From positions 10,607,622-10,671,621 of the forward strand of contig NC_068982.1 in NCBI RefSeq assembly GCF_001194135.2: a stretch of DNA of 64,000 nt. Reading direction: 5' to 3'. Below are positions 37,640 to 51,675 of this stretch, one piece after another; the stretch's first letter is position 1; each line of letters begins with the position of its first letter. Below the pieces are notes generated by a model, which ran no database searches, was not told the DNA's origin, and saw only the letters and a program-made list of their open reading frames with translations. A program made the position numbers and the translations under genes. Origin of the DNA: Octopus bimaculoides. Lineage: Eukaryota.

Positions 37640-38590
37640 GTGAACCCAAGGATAGAAAACAATTCGTGTTGTTTATGAATATAAGTTCCGTTGTGGATCC
37701 AATGCATCCCAAAGAGCTCCAAACATGAATTTGGTGAAGATGTGGCGAATGAGCGCACTGTACATCGATGGTTTCAGAAGTTCCGGTCTGGTGACTTTAC
37801 TCTTGGAATTCAGCTCCGTGGTAGATTTGAGATCAAGGTGAATAATGATGAGCCCGAAACTGTAGTGGAAGCGGATACATCTCAAACTACGCGAAAGGTA
37901 GCAGCAAGGTTTGATGCTTCGATTCCAACTGTATTGAACCATCTGAAACAAATCGGCAACGTGAAGAAGTTGGACATGTGGGTACCATACGAACTGAACG
38001 AGCATCAAATGACACGAGGTCTTGAAACTTGCTTCTCTTCTTGTCACAGCATAAAAGCGAACCATTTTTGCAACATATTGTTACCTGTGGCGATAAATGG
38101 AATCTTTTCAACAATAACAAGCGTTCTGCACGGTGGTTGGATAGAGACGAAGTGCAACAACACAATCCAAAAAAGAATGTTCACCAAAAAAAGCTAATGG
38201 TGACTGTTTGGTGGTCCAGCGCTGGTGTCATCCACTACAGCTTCATGAGACCTGGTAAGTCAATTACAGCGGGTGTATACATCAACCAACTGGATGAAAT
38301 GATGAGTGAACTCGCAATTGAACAACCGAGATTTGTCAATAGAGATAGGCCAATTCTCCTGCAAGGTAATACTCGACCAAATGTTGCACAAAGAACGATA
38401 GTCAAGTTACAGGAACTGAACTTGCACCAGACCTTGCACCAACTGACTATCACGTTTTCCAGGCATTAGACAACGTTTTACAAGGAAATGACTTCAAATC
38501 TGAAAGAGATGCAAAAAAAAAAAAGCCCTTGCGTGATTAGCAACTTCTTGTGATATTTTGTAAATGAAATCACAAGCAATTACCGCATGT
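37640..38590 (+). pseudogene. mariner (DD34D-type) transposase pseudogene
   Basis: ANERTVHRWFQKFRSGDF, WVPYEL, IVTCGDKW, KKLMVTVWWS, LLQGNTRP (second D replaced), YSPDLAP region deleted; several frameshifts; TIRs not identified. Confidence 0.92.
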
Positions 38591-40088
38591 CGATTTACAC
38601 AGGATATTAAATACCTTTAATAAAAAAATATGTACATGTGCATGGATATAAAATAGTCAGACTTACAGAATATAAATAACATTAGTGTTTTACGAGTCCA
38701 ACAGCTGTTTCTGGGTGCTTGATGGTCTGGAATTATGATTAGTTACTTGGATCCATTATCGAATAATCCCGCCTCTGTACTCAGGGTAGAATTTTACATT
38801 GGAGAATTTTACATTTGAGTTATTGACAAGATGGAGTGTAAACTCCATCCTGTCAACACCTCAAATGTTATAGATATATACATATATATATATATATANN
38901 NNNNNNNNNNNNNNNNNNNNNNNNNNNNNNNNNNNNNNNNNNNNNNNNNNNNNNNNNNNNNNNNNNNNNNNNNNNNNNNNNNNNNNNNNNNNNNNNNNNN
39001 NNNNNNNNNNNNNNNNNNNNNNNNNNNNNNNNNNNNNNNNNNNNNNNNNNNNNNNNNNNNNNNNNNNNNNNNNNNNNNNNNNNNNNNNNNNNNNNNNNNN
39101 NNNNNNNNNNNNNNNNNNNNNNNNNNNNNNNNNNNNNNNNNNNNNNNNNNNNNNNNNNNNNNNNNNNNNNNNNNNNNNNNNNNNNNNNNNNNNNNNNNNN
39201 NNNNNNNNNNNNNNNNNNNNNNNNNNNNNNNNNNNNNNNNNNNNNNNNNNNNNNNNNNNNNNNNNNNNNNNNNNNNNNNNNNNNNNNNNNNNNNNNNNNN
39301 NNNNNNNNNNNNNNNNNNNNNNNNNNNNNNNNNNNNNNNNNNNNNNNNNNNNNNNNNNNNNNNNNNNNNNNNNNNNNNNNNNNNNNNNNNNNNNNNNNNN
39401 NNNNNNNNNNNNNNNNNNNNNNNNNNNNNNNNNNNNNNNNNNNNNNNNNNNNNNNNNNNNNNNNNNNNNNNNNNNNNNNNNNNNCGATCTATATATACAG
39501 ATAAAGTGTAATTTTACATTATCAGTAACTGTGCGTAGGTATATCTGTCGAAACATGCAATGGTGAAAACGTTTGTGTCGCTATACAAACGATGGGACAC
39601 ACTAGGTATATTTCTACGTTGAAGAGATGAAATATTGGAAAAACATCAAATAAAGAAATTTGGAATTTGTTCTAATTATTAAGTTCTAATTACTGTTTTG
39701 TTATATTTGGACGATTATATAGCGTTGTGGTACTTTAATGTAACTTGCTTCGATTATTATAAATTATGTATCAGGTTCCATTTTTCTTTTCATTCATATT
39801 TTGTTATAATTCGGAAACGAATTGGTATTAACTCTAAGTGGAGATACGAAATTAAAGTATGAACAAACCACGCCATATAGGAATAAAATAATTAATACAA
39901 TAGATTGTGTCTGGAAAACGGGAGAATATTATTCGCTAAGACAAATCAAGTAGAATTTGTACGTATACATATATATGTCTCTGTGTATGTGTATGCATAT
40001 GCGTGCGTGTTTGTGTGTGTGTGTATGTGCGTGTGTATGTTTGAGGTGGGTGTATGTGTGTAGATACAGATGCAGATATATATATATT

Positions 40089-40137
<49 letters not shown>

Positions 40138-41874
40138 NNNNNNNNNNNNNNNNNNNNNNNNNNNNNNNNNNNNNNNNNNNNNNNNNNNNNNNNNNNNNNN
40201 NNNNNNNNNNNNNNNNNNNNNNNNNNNNNNNNNNNNNNNNNNNNNNNNNNNNNNNNNNNNNNNNNNNNNNNNNNNNNNNNNNNNNNNNNNNNNNNNNNNN
40301 NNNNNNNNNNNNNNNNNNNATATTTGCATGTCTGTCTATATATATATATGCACATATATACATATAGTACATAAAAAAAACAACAACAGACACAAAAAAA
40401 CAACAACACGACTACGTGGTACACGTAAAGTATTAGCAGATGCTCAGAGAAGCAAAAAAAAGGTGCTTGCTCTCTTCGGAGAACAAGTGACCGATCGAGC
40501 CAACTGCGCATCTATTTTTAAAATAGTTGTAAGGGACTACCTACAACAATTGAACAATCAATAGAGCTGGACAAAACAAAATAGAACTATATATCTACAT
40601 CGGTGGCGCTCAGCCATTTTATACCTGTGTAATCTTGTTATTCTTGTCTTACTCTACTGGCCCTTGTAGCCGTTCTATGCTTAAAAACAACCCTACTATA
40701 TATTGATAATTAAATATTATTAGGAATTGCATAAAACAAAATTGTCCAAATACTTGGTCTATTGTAGGGGTGTCAGCAATTTATTGTACATAAATTTTAA
40801 CAACAAAATCTTTTATGAATCCCGGTGGAGAACCACTGATGTTCATGTCCACATTAACAAACAATATTCAAGTAGGACGAACTGAAAAATACTGACAATA
40901 AAGTATTTATATTGCAAGATTCAAGAGTCTGCTATTTCCTTTAAAATATGGGGGGGGGGGGTTATTATAGAAATGATTTAATTATGCAAATGGCAAATAT
41001 GTATATATAAAGATCAAAAGAAACTTATTTTAGATAGTTCCGAAAGCACTATGAACACTGATTGAGTGATGAAGCTATTTTACTATTTTACCTCGATGTT
41101 GGCATTTAAGCAACTACACTTTTGATTACGTTGGGTTTCTGCAATAAAGCCATTTTAAAAACCACACAAAATATCTGTTGTACCGTAACATATCGTTAGG
41201 AATATTGGATACCTAAATTCCAATCTATATACCACTCATGCATTTCATACATATGATTAACATAGTTATCTACTTAATATTCAAATAAGTCTTGAAAGCT
41301 ATCGCTGATTTGAATTTATTAATACTCTCTCCAATTCCATCCTCTATCAATCAGTTTCTATATAATATGATTACCATTGCAAATATGTGTATTATACAAA
41401 GACGTATAGATTAATTTTTTTCAAAGTTAGAGCGACTCTCCGCTTGATACCCATATTCATTCGAATGAATGCAGATGCACAGAGGTATACCGACAGACGC
41501 ATCTAGTGAAGCAACTATAAATGGATGTACTTTCAATGGCCGTGCGTTTGACATTGGCTCTAATGCGTAGCTGCATGCCGTGATACAACGTGCAAGTGAT
41601 TGGCATCCGATTGGCCATGAAATCCGTAAAACATACACACTCACACACTCACACGCACAAGGTTTGCTCGGTTCCCTGACTCTGCGAGCGGTAGAGTCGA
41701 GGACCTACTGTTCATGATAGGGCCAGCCATCGCAGCAAAGTCGAAAACGATGACCCAGTCTAAATATGACCAACGCACGACATTATCCTAACGGCAGAAC
41801 AATGGTTGAAGGCAACAGCAAGGGATGATTCCAAAAGTTTTGAACGGCTGGAGGACGGAACCCCCCACATGAAC

Positions 41875-43899
41875 TGGGTTCACAATATGTTTTTTTTTTA
41901 CTCTTCTTTTTTAACAACGTTCATGCTTTATCATAATTCTCAGGTCAATATCCACGTAGCACCAAAAATAATTATCCAGTTAACAGTGTAATAATTCATT
42001 GAGTATAATCTCTAAATGATTATCAATATTATCATAGTTTCCGAGTAAAGTAAAATTAAGAACTTAAATCAATATTGCCATCATTATTTGTATTATTGTC
42101 AATTCAGAGCGGGTTTGGTGTTCGCAATAACATTCTGTATCTTGATCTTCCTCTAACTTCACCTGAGCTGTAAAGTTTGTAAAATGGAAATAAAAGCATT
42201 TTATTACAGCATATTTCTAAATATCTTACTCGAACTTCATGGCTGTTAGGATCGCAAATGTTTTAACATATTTCTAAATGAAACCCTCACATGAAGCATC
42301 ACTTTAGACTAAACCAATGCAGAAGCAGTACTTTGGAATTTCATCACCGATAAATAATAGAACCAAATGCGTTGTTAATTTTGATGAAATAAATCGCAAC
42401 ACAATACAACAGACGATTTAAAAGCAACGACAATGAAATATTAGGTCGAAAAACATAGAGCGGGTTTCCTAATAGATTCACCATAGATTTTTTTTGCTTC
42501 AAGACTTAACTTTCAGAATACATATTCTTTCTCAATGAGAAAATTATTCATAAATTAGATGCATGTTTGCTCCAGTTTATGCAAAAACAATGTGACTCTC
42601 AAAACAAAATATTTACCAAAGACAAGAAAACTATGATACTGGATTTAGAATATATAGAACTTGAATGATTTGTGATGTTGTAGATGATGTTGACGCCGAG
42701 GAGAAACAATTTCCCAACAGAAAAGATTTCTACTCAAACAAACATATTCACACCTACGTGTAATAAATAGCACAGAACGTACAAAACAAAAACACAGCAT
42801 GCAAAACAAATGTGCAGCGTGCAAAACAAATACCTATAGAACCTAAAAAAAGACGATCACAAGAACAGAATACCATATTTGGTATAGCAACACGCGGTGC
42901 ATGTCACCATTTTTTTACGTCGCGAAATCAAACTTGCCTGTCAATATACAAAGTAACAAAGCGGCGAGCTGGCGGAAACGTTAGCACGCCGGGCGAAATT
43001 CCTAGCGGTATTTCGTCTGCCGTTACGTTCTGAGTTCAAATTCCGCCAGGTCGACATTACCTTTCATTCTTTCGGTGTTGATTAAGTAAGTACCAGTTAT
43101 GCACTGGGATCAATGTAATCGACTTAATCCCTTCGTCTATCCTTGTTTGTCCCCTCTGGGTTTAGCCCCTTGTGGGCAATAAAGAAATAAACATACAAAG
43201 TAACAAGTTAAAGATTTAATTACTGATCGAACACTTGCTCAATGCCAAAGACAAGAAAATGGCTTGAAGCAATTGTAACCAAAGGCAGAGTTTGACCAAC
43301 GGCATTGATATAATGTTTAAATATCCCAATGAAATTACATGGTAATTAATACATACCGATCTGTATATTAAGATAAAAACCGGAAGAAGAGAATTTCCGA
43401 ACTATAAAAGCCGAAATTTGATATGCTGCATCAAAGGCGCGTATCATGAAGAAATATATATTGACTGAACCGGAAATTCATTATCAAAACGTCCGCGATT
43501 GCATTGTTAAAACATTTGCGATCCAAACAGCCGTGAAGCCCGAGTAAGATATCATTTATAAATATGCCGCAATAAAATGCTTTTATTTCCATTTTACAAA
43601 CTTTACAGCTCAAGTGAAGTTAGAAGAAGATCAAGATACATAATTTTATTGCGAACACCAAACCCGCTCTGAATTGACAATAATACAAATAATGATGTTA
43701 ATATTGATTTAAGTTCTTAATTTTACTTTACTCGAAAACTATGACAATATTGATAATCATTTAGAGATTATTCTCAATGAATTATTACACCGTTAACTGG
43801 ATAATTATTCTTGGTACTTCGTGGACATTGACCTGAGAATTGTGATAAGGCATGAATGTTGTTAAACAAGAAGAGTAAAAAAAACATATTGTGAACCCA
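41875..43899. repeat. Long inverted duplication: arms 41875-42268 and 43505-43899
   Basis: ~395-bp arms, hand alignment gives ~25 substitutions and 2 small indels (~93% identity); 1236-bp spacer. Confidence 0.95.
42961..43192 (+). mobile_element. SINE family A long-tail monomer, full length with TSD
   Basis: ggcgagctggcggaaacgttagc...cttgtgggcaataaagaaataa; 14-bp TSD atacaaagtaacaa at 42946-42959 and 43193-43206. Confidence 0.95.
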
Positions 43900-44208
43900 T
43901 TCGAAAAAGAATATAATAGTTTTTGTATGAATAATATTTTATTTCAAAACAAAGTTCATCCTAAAACTGTTGTAAAATTGAAAGTAATTTAAAGGTTATT
44001 TCCCCTTGAATCTGCTCGTACGTCAATACTCTGTAATTTGTTAAATGCACTCCGTTCAAATTCCAAAATTAGCTCCACTTTATGATAAAGAAACGTTACG
44101 CAGTCATTAGGTGTACATGAAAATGCTCGTAAAAATGCAAGAATACAAAAATTTAATGTGAAAATCGGACTCTCAAAATTCGTTTGATTACTACATATAA
44201 ATATATAA

Positions 44209-44249
<41 letters not shown>

Positions 44250-45424
44250 GAAAGAGCGGAAGGGAGAGAGAAAATCAAAGGAAAAATTAATGCATGGAAA
44301 ACATGTAAAGAGATAGTTTGTGTGTGACAGAGAGAGATTGCAGATGCATTTGAGCGCAAATTTGTGAATGCGCATGTGTACGAATCTCATTCATCTGCTT
44401 AATATATTTAATGTTCACTTCTAAAATTTTGAGACCATTATTATTCATAGGATGTTGTAGTGAGAAATGAACATTAAGGCTTTCCAGGCAGTACGCTATC
44501 TAATATATCGAGTGTCGTGTTATTATCAAAACTGATGTATTGATAATTATGAATTATACCAGGAACATTAAATGCTGGCTGGAAACTAGAAAGAGCTTTG
44601 ATCTTAAACTGAGAAGCCGCGAGACTTATGACATCGAAAGTCAGGAAGATGAAGGCAGGCATTGGTGNNNNNNNNNNGGGGGGGGGGGGTAGATGTAAGC
44701 GGTTACCTTACATAATCAAACGCCGTTCACTTCTTTTTATCTGTCTTTTGGTAGCAACCGATTTTATCTTTATAGGATATATTCGGCGATCAGTTTCTTT
44801 ATCCCTTTATATATTCTCGCTTGTTGTCAGTGATACGTGTAAGAGATTTCTTATCTCGTTTCAGCTGACAGTCGTTATATGGTAGGGAAATGGGTCAGCC
44901 CCCCTGCAGGTGTACGAAAAGGCGTTATCTACTAGAATATATACAAATTACACTATGAAGGTCGTTTTCTCCAACCGCGTGCTAAAGTGAGTTGAACGTT
45001 ACAAATTCGCTTGATGAGCTATATTTCACACTATCATTAATCCATAAAAATTGTCATGGCATGGCATTTATGGATCTATATAGAATTTCAAAACTTTCAG
45101 TGCTATGTTGGCTACTTAGAGGTTTGTTCACCGAAGATACTGTCCTTCCTGTGTCATTCTATTGCTCGTTAAATTACTAAACCTTGCATCATAGTTAATG
45201 GTGTTCACTAAGTAGCATATGTCGATTACTGATTTCTTCCTGTCAGCGTGATGAATGAAATTTCGCAGAATTATTGTGATTGGGAAAATAATGAGGAAGA
45301 ATTACAACGTTATTTATACTGTATCTTGGAGGAAGTGAATTGGAAGGCAGAAATACATCAATGTGGTGTTATCCTTTTGGTCCACTAACTTTCGAACGTC
45401 ATATATATATATATGTATATATAT

Positions 45425-45475
<51 letters not shown>

Positions 45476-45821
45476 CTTTATCTACACATATATGTGTATG
45501 TGTATATATATATATAAATGTATATATACCTATACATATATGTGTATATATGTATATATATATGAACAGACATATACGTATATGCATATATATATGGGTG
45601 TGTGTATATATATATGTGTATATATATATGTGTGTATATATGTATATATATATATGTGTAGATATATATATATGTATATATATGTATATATATATATTTA
45701 TATATGTATTTATATATATATACATACATACATACATACATACATACACACACACGCAAGTATGTATACAGCTATATATGTCTATCATATATGTAAATGT
45801 ACTATGATCAAAAATAGGTCT

Positions 45822-45835
45822 GTTGCTATGGTAAC
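45822..45835. promoter_or_regulatory. RFX X-box motif in a CpG-richer unique segment
   Basis: GTTGCTATGGTAAC; NRF1-like gcgcatgc ~60 bp downstream; function not shown. Confidence 0.5.
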
Positions 45836-46508
45836 GGAGCTAAAGTGCGGAGAATAAAATTGCTTGGCACAGATTGACCTTGAACTCCGTGGCGCATGCA
45901 CTCCAAGTTATAATGTTCTCGCTCGCTCACGTTGATTATAAAAGTGCTTTGAAGTAGAGTCTGTAGGCAGAGTGTGACAGTCTCAAAATGATCGCGTTTC
46001 AGCTGCGCAGAATCCCCTTGATAGTGTCGAAAACAACAAAATTTTTGGAAACTTTTTTATATCGTCCCTGTATGGCTATGACCCCGAACGCAAAGCAAAA
46101 ATCACATTCCACTTAAGACGTTGTGCAAATCCAAAAGAATGCGACATAGCTGCTTTCATTCCTGCGACATTCCTGTATATATATATATGAAGCCGAATAT
46201 ACATCACTTAAAAATCTCAAAGGGTAATTATGATACAACTCCGATAAAAATTAATACCACACACGAAAAGGTAGAAATATTAAAATGAGAAATTTGATTT
46301 CACGTATTATGTACAAGCGTTGCTACGACAAATATACCTAAAGATTTGTGTAATATACTAAGTAGGAACTATCCTCCAAACTACAATTATTACTGTATTT
46401 TAAATAAATACGTTTAAACTCTCTCACTCTACCACACCAAATCTCACAGATCGTATGGAATACTTTAACGCCAGTAAAATGAATATGCATAATAAAAATG
46501 AGATACAC

Positions 46509-46705
46509 AATTCTTTTCTACTCTAGGCACAGGACTCGAAATTTTTGGGGAGGGGGCCAGGCAATTAGATCAACCCCAATTCGCAACTGGTACTTAATTT
46601 ATCGACCCCGAAGGGATGAAAGGCAAAGTCGACCTCGGTGGAATTTGAAATCAAAACTTAAAGACAGACGAAATACTGCTAAGCATTTTCGCCAGGCGTG
46701 CTAGC
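46509..46705 (-). mobile_element. SINE family A short-tail copy
   Basis: ttctactctaggcacagg...ctggtacttaatttatcgaccccgaagggatgaaaggcaaagtcgacctcgg...gacagacgaaatac. Confidence 0.9.
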
Positions 46706-47365
46706 GGAACAAATTATATAAACTCACACACAACAAATTATATAAAGTCTTTATTTACTCTAATCATCAATTTATCCCCAAATGGTTGAGATTCAAAGTG
46801 CGTTATGTTCCTACCTTTGTGATTATCTACATAAGAATAGCCGCAGAACATAATAGTGAAACGTGTTAGTGTAAGCTAAATTTTCTCTTTTACTCTCGGA
46901 TTAATATGCGGTAACTTAATCAAAGGTAGGGAAAACTGACTTCGTGGCTTTACGCACCATTTGTCATTCGCATTCATCATTAGTTAACATGGCATAAATT
47001 AAAACACTAGGACAAGTGAAACAGCGAGGACGACGTTTGTGTGTTTATGTATATGCGTGTATATGTCAATATACATAAGTATGTATCTATACACGTACGA
47101 AAGTCCTCAGCTTTTTGAATAAGTGTGGTAGCAAATATGTACTATTCATTACGCAGAAGAAAACACGTACCAATGTGACGAGCAGTCAAATAGACATCCG
47201 ATGTCGGGTGGGTGCATTGGAAACGGATTTCTTAACAACACCGCTGTTTCAATCACATACGATCTTATCAATTCAACATACTCTGTATTAATAACCTTTC
47301 TATGAGAGACCCCAAGGTATGGGCCTCTGTGGAAGGGGTTTGTTGATGATTGTTTTTTAACCAAC

Positions 47366-47494
47366 ACTTATTTATCTGAGCCCGAAAGGATGAAGGTATC
47401 GTCAACCTCAACAGAATTTGAACTCAGAACGTAGCGACCGGCGAAATACCACAAAGTATTTTGTACGGAGTCCTCATCGTTCTGCCAGCTCACC
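47366..47494 (-). mobile_element. SINE family A 5' half
   Basis: cccgaaaggatgaagg...aatttgaactcagaacgt...cgttctgccagctcacc. Confidence 0.8.
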
Positions 47495-47948
47495 CTATAC
47501 TTTATATTAATAATACAGTGATAATTTACATGGAATACTCCAAAATTACCACAATACATAGCTGCATCGATTGTATTGGTTGTTAGAGAGAGCAGTTATT
47601 TTGCAGCAAAACTAAAGATTCCATTTTAATGTAACGTATCGTAAGTGTAATTTAGGGTCCTGATTCTCCGTGCTTTTAAGTTTCAGCTTTAAGAAACGTC
47701 AAATTCAAGGCAAAATTATAAAACGAAGTAGAGTCAAGTGTACATAGAATATATAGCATCCATTTCCAAAATAAAATTTATGAAACGTAAGTTTTAAGTG
47801 CGTTACAAATGTTAGCTTAGAGACTAAACGTAGGCATTCATAGTAAATTATATGACATAGTTGTATTCGCATGGACATTTGTTATTATTTATTGAATACA
47901 GAAGGCAGGTACTCTAGATACACAAATTGCTTGAATACNNNNNNNNNN

Positions 47949-48041
47949 AGGAGAGAGAGAGAGAGCTTAGGAGAGAGAGAGAGAGCTTAGGAGAGAGAGA
48001 GAGAGCTTAGGAGAGAGAGAGAGAGCTTAGGAGAGAGAGAG
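47949..48041. repeat. 20-bp minisatellite (gagagcttaggagagagaga)n, ~4.6 perfect units, gap-adjacent
   Basis: Directly visible. Confidence 0.95.
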
Positions 48042-48203
48042 TTAATAATCGATTGGAATTTGGATATACATGGATTTACATGGCGTTCTAAGCATTGGCT
48101 TGCTGCTATTTGAAATAGCTTTTTTTTACAACGCATACATGTACACACACATACACGCACGTACATATACACCCATGTATATTAATACTCAAGCAATGTT
48201 AAC

Positions 48204-48420
48204 GCGGTGAGCAAGTAGAATCGTTAGCAGGATGGACAAAATGCTTAGCGGCATTTCGTCCGTCTTTACATTCTGAGTTCAATGTCTGCCGAGGTCGACT
48301 TTGCCTTTTATCTTTTCGGGATCGATAAAATAAGTACCAATCGATCACTGGGGTCGATGTAACCGACTTAATCCCTTTCCCGAACTTGCTAGCCTTGTGC
48401 CAAAATTTGAAACCAATATT
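48204..48420 (+). mobile_element. SINE family A, full length
   Basis: gcggtgagcaagtagaatcgttagc...gaggtcgactttgcc...gataaaataagtacc...gccttgtgccaaaatttgaaaccaatatt. Confidence 0.9.
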
Positions 48421-49262
48421 TATGTAATAGTGTTTGGTAGTTCCATCTCAGCGGAACCCTTCTGGTAAACGCCAGGGTAAGTTTTTTGCCCTAACGCTCA
48501 TGTGCAAAACTGACTGGTAAAGTCGGCTGAAACTGGACTCTAAAACTATGCCGTATTAATACTAATAGACCCACTTCATTGACAAATATACGAATACCTG
48601 TTTCTGATAGACACAGGAGTCATGGATTTTTTAAGTGACGGTGTGTGTGTGTGTGTGTACGTGTGTGTGTATTTGTGTTTGAGTGTGTGTGTGTAAGTGA
48701 CACGCTTCTTACAGCTTTGTACATTTAGAGTCACATTTCAAATCTCAGCGAGATCTTTATTTCTTTTCATAGTTTCCTGGTCAGTATATTTAGAAAATGT
48801 GAACTACCAAACGCACTGGTTATATTAAATTGTATCTCCACCTCAAATGACATGAGTTGTTCTTGTGTTTTGTGGAAAACGAATTTTCACGGAGATTACA
48901 TAATGGTAATTGTAGCTTTACTTATGGTATATTTACAAAGAGAAGTCAAAGTAAAAGACAAGTCATTTATGAATTGAACATAAAGAATAGAAAATTAATC
49001 TCACTAAAATGGGGAAAATGAATGAAATAAGTTTTAATATTGTCACTAATATGTTCATTAACAATCTTCCGTTCTTTAGAAAAAAGAAAGGCATCGTGAA
49101 TATCAAACATTAACTGAACGTTCAATATTAATTAATATTACTTTCTAAATTAAAATGAAATGTTTTAGGAACAAATATTGATTATTTATAATTATTAATT
49201 AACTAAAATAATGTTTATATTTTGTTTCTATAGAATAACTCATGGGAAGCATTCAATTTCAT

Positions 49263-49404
49263 ATTATTATTATTAGTAGTAGTATTATTATTATTATTAT
49301 TATCATCATCATCATCATCATCATCATCATTATTATTATTAGTATTATTATTGCTGTTGTTGTTGTCGTTGTTATTATTATTATTATCATCATCATCATC
49401 ATCA

Positions 49405-49450
<46 letters not shown>
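49263..49450. repeat. Compound (ATT)/(ATC)/(GTT) microsatellite
   Basis: Directly visible; source of the poly-I ORF. Confidence 0.95.
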
Positions 49451-50513
49451 TATAAATGTTAATATATTAATTATTTCGACCTTTCAACGAGTTGATGATT
49501 TGAAATATTTAAATACTTCTAATTACAGTAGAGCTTCCAATAAATGCTTCAATGTCGCATCCGTGTACACCATAATTATGAATACCAGATCATACAACTC
49601 ACTTCAAACTTTCTCGTAGCTCATTCCTGCAATTTGTAACTTGCTGTATGTAGACTGCGACAGCCGTCGTTCGGAATTCAAACATGATAGTGTTGAAAAG
49701 CCAAACATTTAGAGTTACCAATTTATACTGCACCCATTTATTTAAAAACCTGACTTAAGTTAGTGCTAACACATTTAATACTGTTAACATCATAGTTAAA
49801 TATAAATAATTATACTCTGAAGAAATACCAATATTAGTTAATTGCTATTATTTTCGGTGTTTCAGCAAGCACAGGAGACAGCATAATGACTCGATAAACT
49901 AAGAGCTTTATGCAAGGAATACAACGTCTTACAAACGAAATCAACGCCAACAGCTATCAAAATTCGCCATTGCTATAACAATAGTAATGCAACAGCATAG
50001 CAGGAGTAATTTTCTTATCAGCGAAAATGCTAAATATTCTTCTCTCTTCTAAATTTAACCGCAGATTTTTATATTTCCTTCGATAATCTGATTCGTTTTC
50101 ATTATATCATACACACACACACACACACACAAGCTTAGACATTGCACACATCNNNNNNNNNNTATATATATATATATTTATATTATATGTATGTATGTAG
50201 TTCAACCGCTACATAATTTTGAAATGCAATAACCACCAGCTGATAAGTTAAGCGCTGGTTGCATTATTATCTATTCACTAAACAGTCAAGAAATACTACA
50301 CACATTTAGGCAGATGTACACAGAGGAAAAAAATAAACACGGTAAGACTGAGGATATCACACTAAAAGTGCGATATCGACTTTTTGACTGAATGAAATGG
50401 CTAAGCATTAATAGAACATGAGTTATGAATGTGCAATTCATAAATAATATAAGTACACACATAGACACACATACTCGCAGACATGTATGCATGTATGTTG
50501 TGTACTTGTGTGC

Positions 50514-50548
<35 letters not shown>

Positions 50549-51558
50549 TATGAATACATATGTATATANNNNNNNNNNNNNNNNNNNNNNNNNNNNNNNN
50601 NNNNNNNNNNNNNNNNNNNNNNNNNNNNNNNNNNNNNNNNNNNNNNNNNNNNNNNNNNNNNNNNNNNNNNNNNNNNNNNNNNNNNNNNNNNNNNNNNNNN
50701 NNNNNNNNNNNNNNNNNNNNNNNNNNNNNNNNNNNNNNNNNNNNNNNNNNNNNNNNNNNNNNNNNNNNNNNNNNNNNNNNNNNNNNNNNNNNNNNNNNNN
50801 NNNNNNNNNNNNNNNNNNNNNNNNNNNNNNNNNNNNNNNNNNNNNNNNNNNNNNNNNNNNNNNNNNNNNNNNNNNNNNNNNNNNNNNNNNNNNNNNNNNN
50901 NNNNNNNNNNNNNNNNNNNNNNNNNNNNNNNNNNNNNNNNNNNNNNNNNNNNNNNNNNNNNNNNNNNNNNNNNNNNNNNNNNNNNNNNNNNNNNNNNNNN
51001 NNNNNNNNNNNNNNNNNNNNNNNNNNNNNNNNNNNNNNNNNNNNNNNNNNNNNNNNNNNNNNNNNNNNNNNNNNNNNNNNNNNNNNNNNNNNNNNNNNNN
51101 NNNNNNNNNNNNNNNNNNNNNNNNNNNNNNNNNNNNNNNNNNNNNNNNNNNNNNNNNNNNNNNNNNNNNNNNNNNNNNNNNNNNNNNNNNNNNNNNNNNN
51201 NNNNNNNNNNNNNNNNNNNNNNNNNNNNNNNNNNNNNNNNNNNNNNNNNNNNNNNNNNNNNNNNNNNNNNNNNNNNNNNNNNNNNNNNNNNNNNNNNNNN
51301 NNNNNNNNNNNNNNNNNNNNNNNNNNNNNNNNNNNNNNNNNNNNNNNNNNNNNNNNNNNNNNNNNNNNNNNNNNNNNNNNNNNNNNNNNNNNNNNNNNNN
51401 NNNNNNNNNNNNNNNNNNNNNNNNNNNNNNNNNNNNNNNNNNNNNNNNNNNNNNNNNNNNNNNNNNNNNNNNNNNNNNNNNNNNNNNNNNNNNNNNNNNN
51501 NNNNNNNNNNNNNNNNNNNNNNNNNNNNNNNNNNNNNNNNNNNNNTATGTATGTATTA

Positions 51559-51615
<57 letters not shown>

Positions 51616-51624
51616 CAGATAGAC

Positions 51625-51675
<51 letters not shown>

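Noticed and set aside
36060-40542. Direct repeats at 36060 and 40462 as LTRs around the mariner
   Set aside because: No TG..CA ends, PBS/PPT or gag/pol; better explained as two copies of a small interspersed repeat
47949-48041. Telomere-like TTAGG in the minisatellite
   Set aside because: Unit is CTTAG embedded in (GA)n, not (TTAGGG)n or (TTAGG)n
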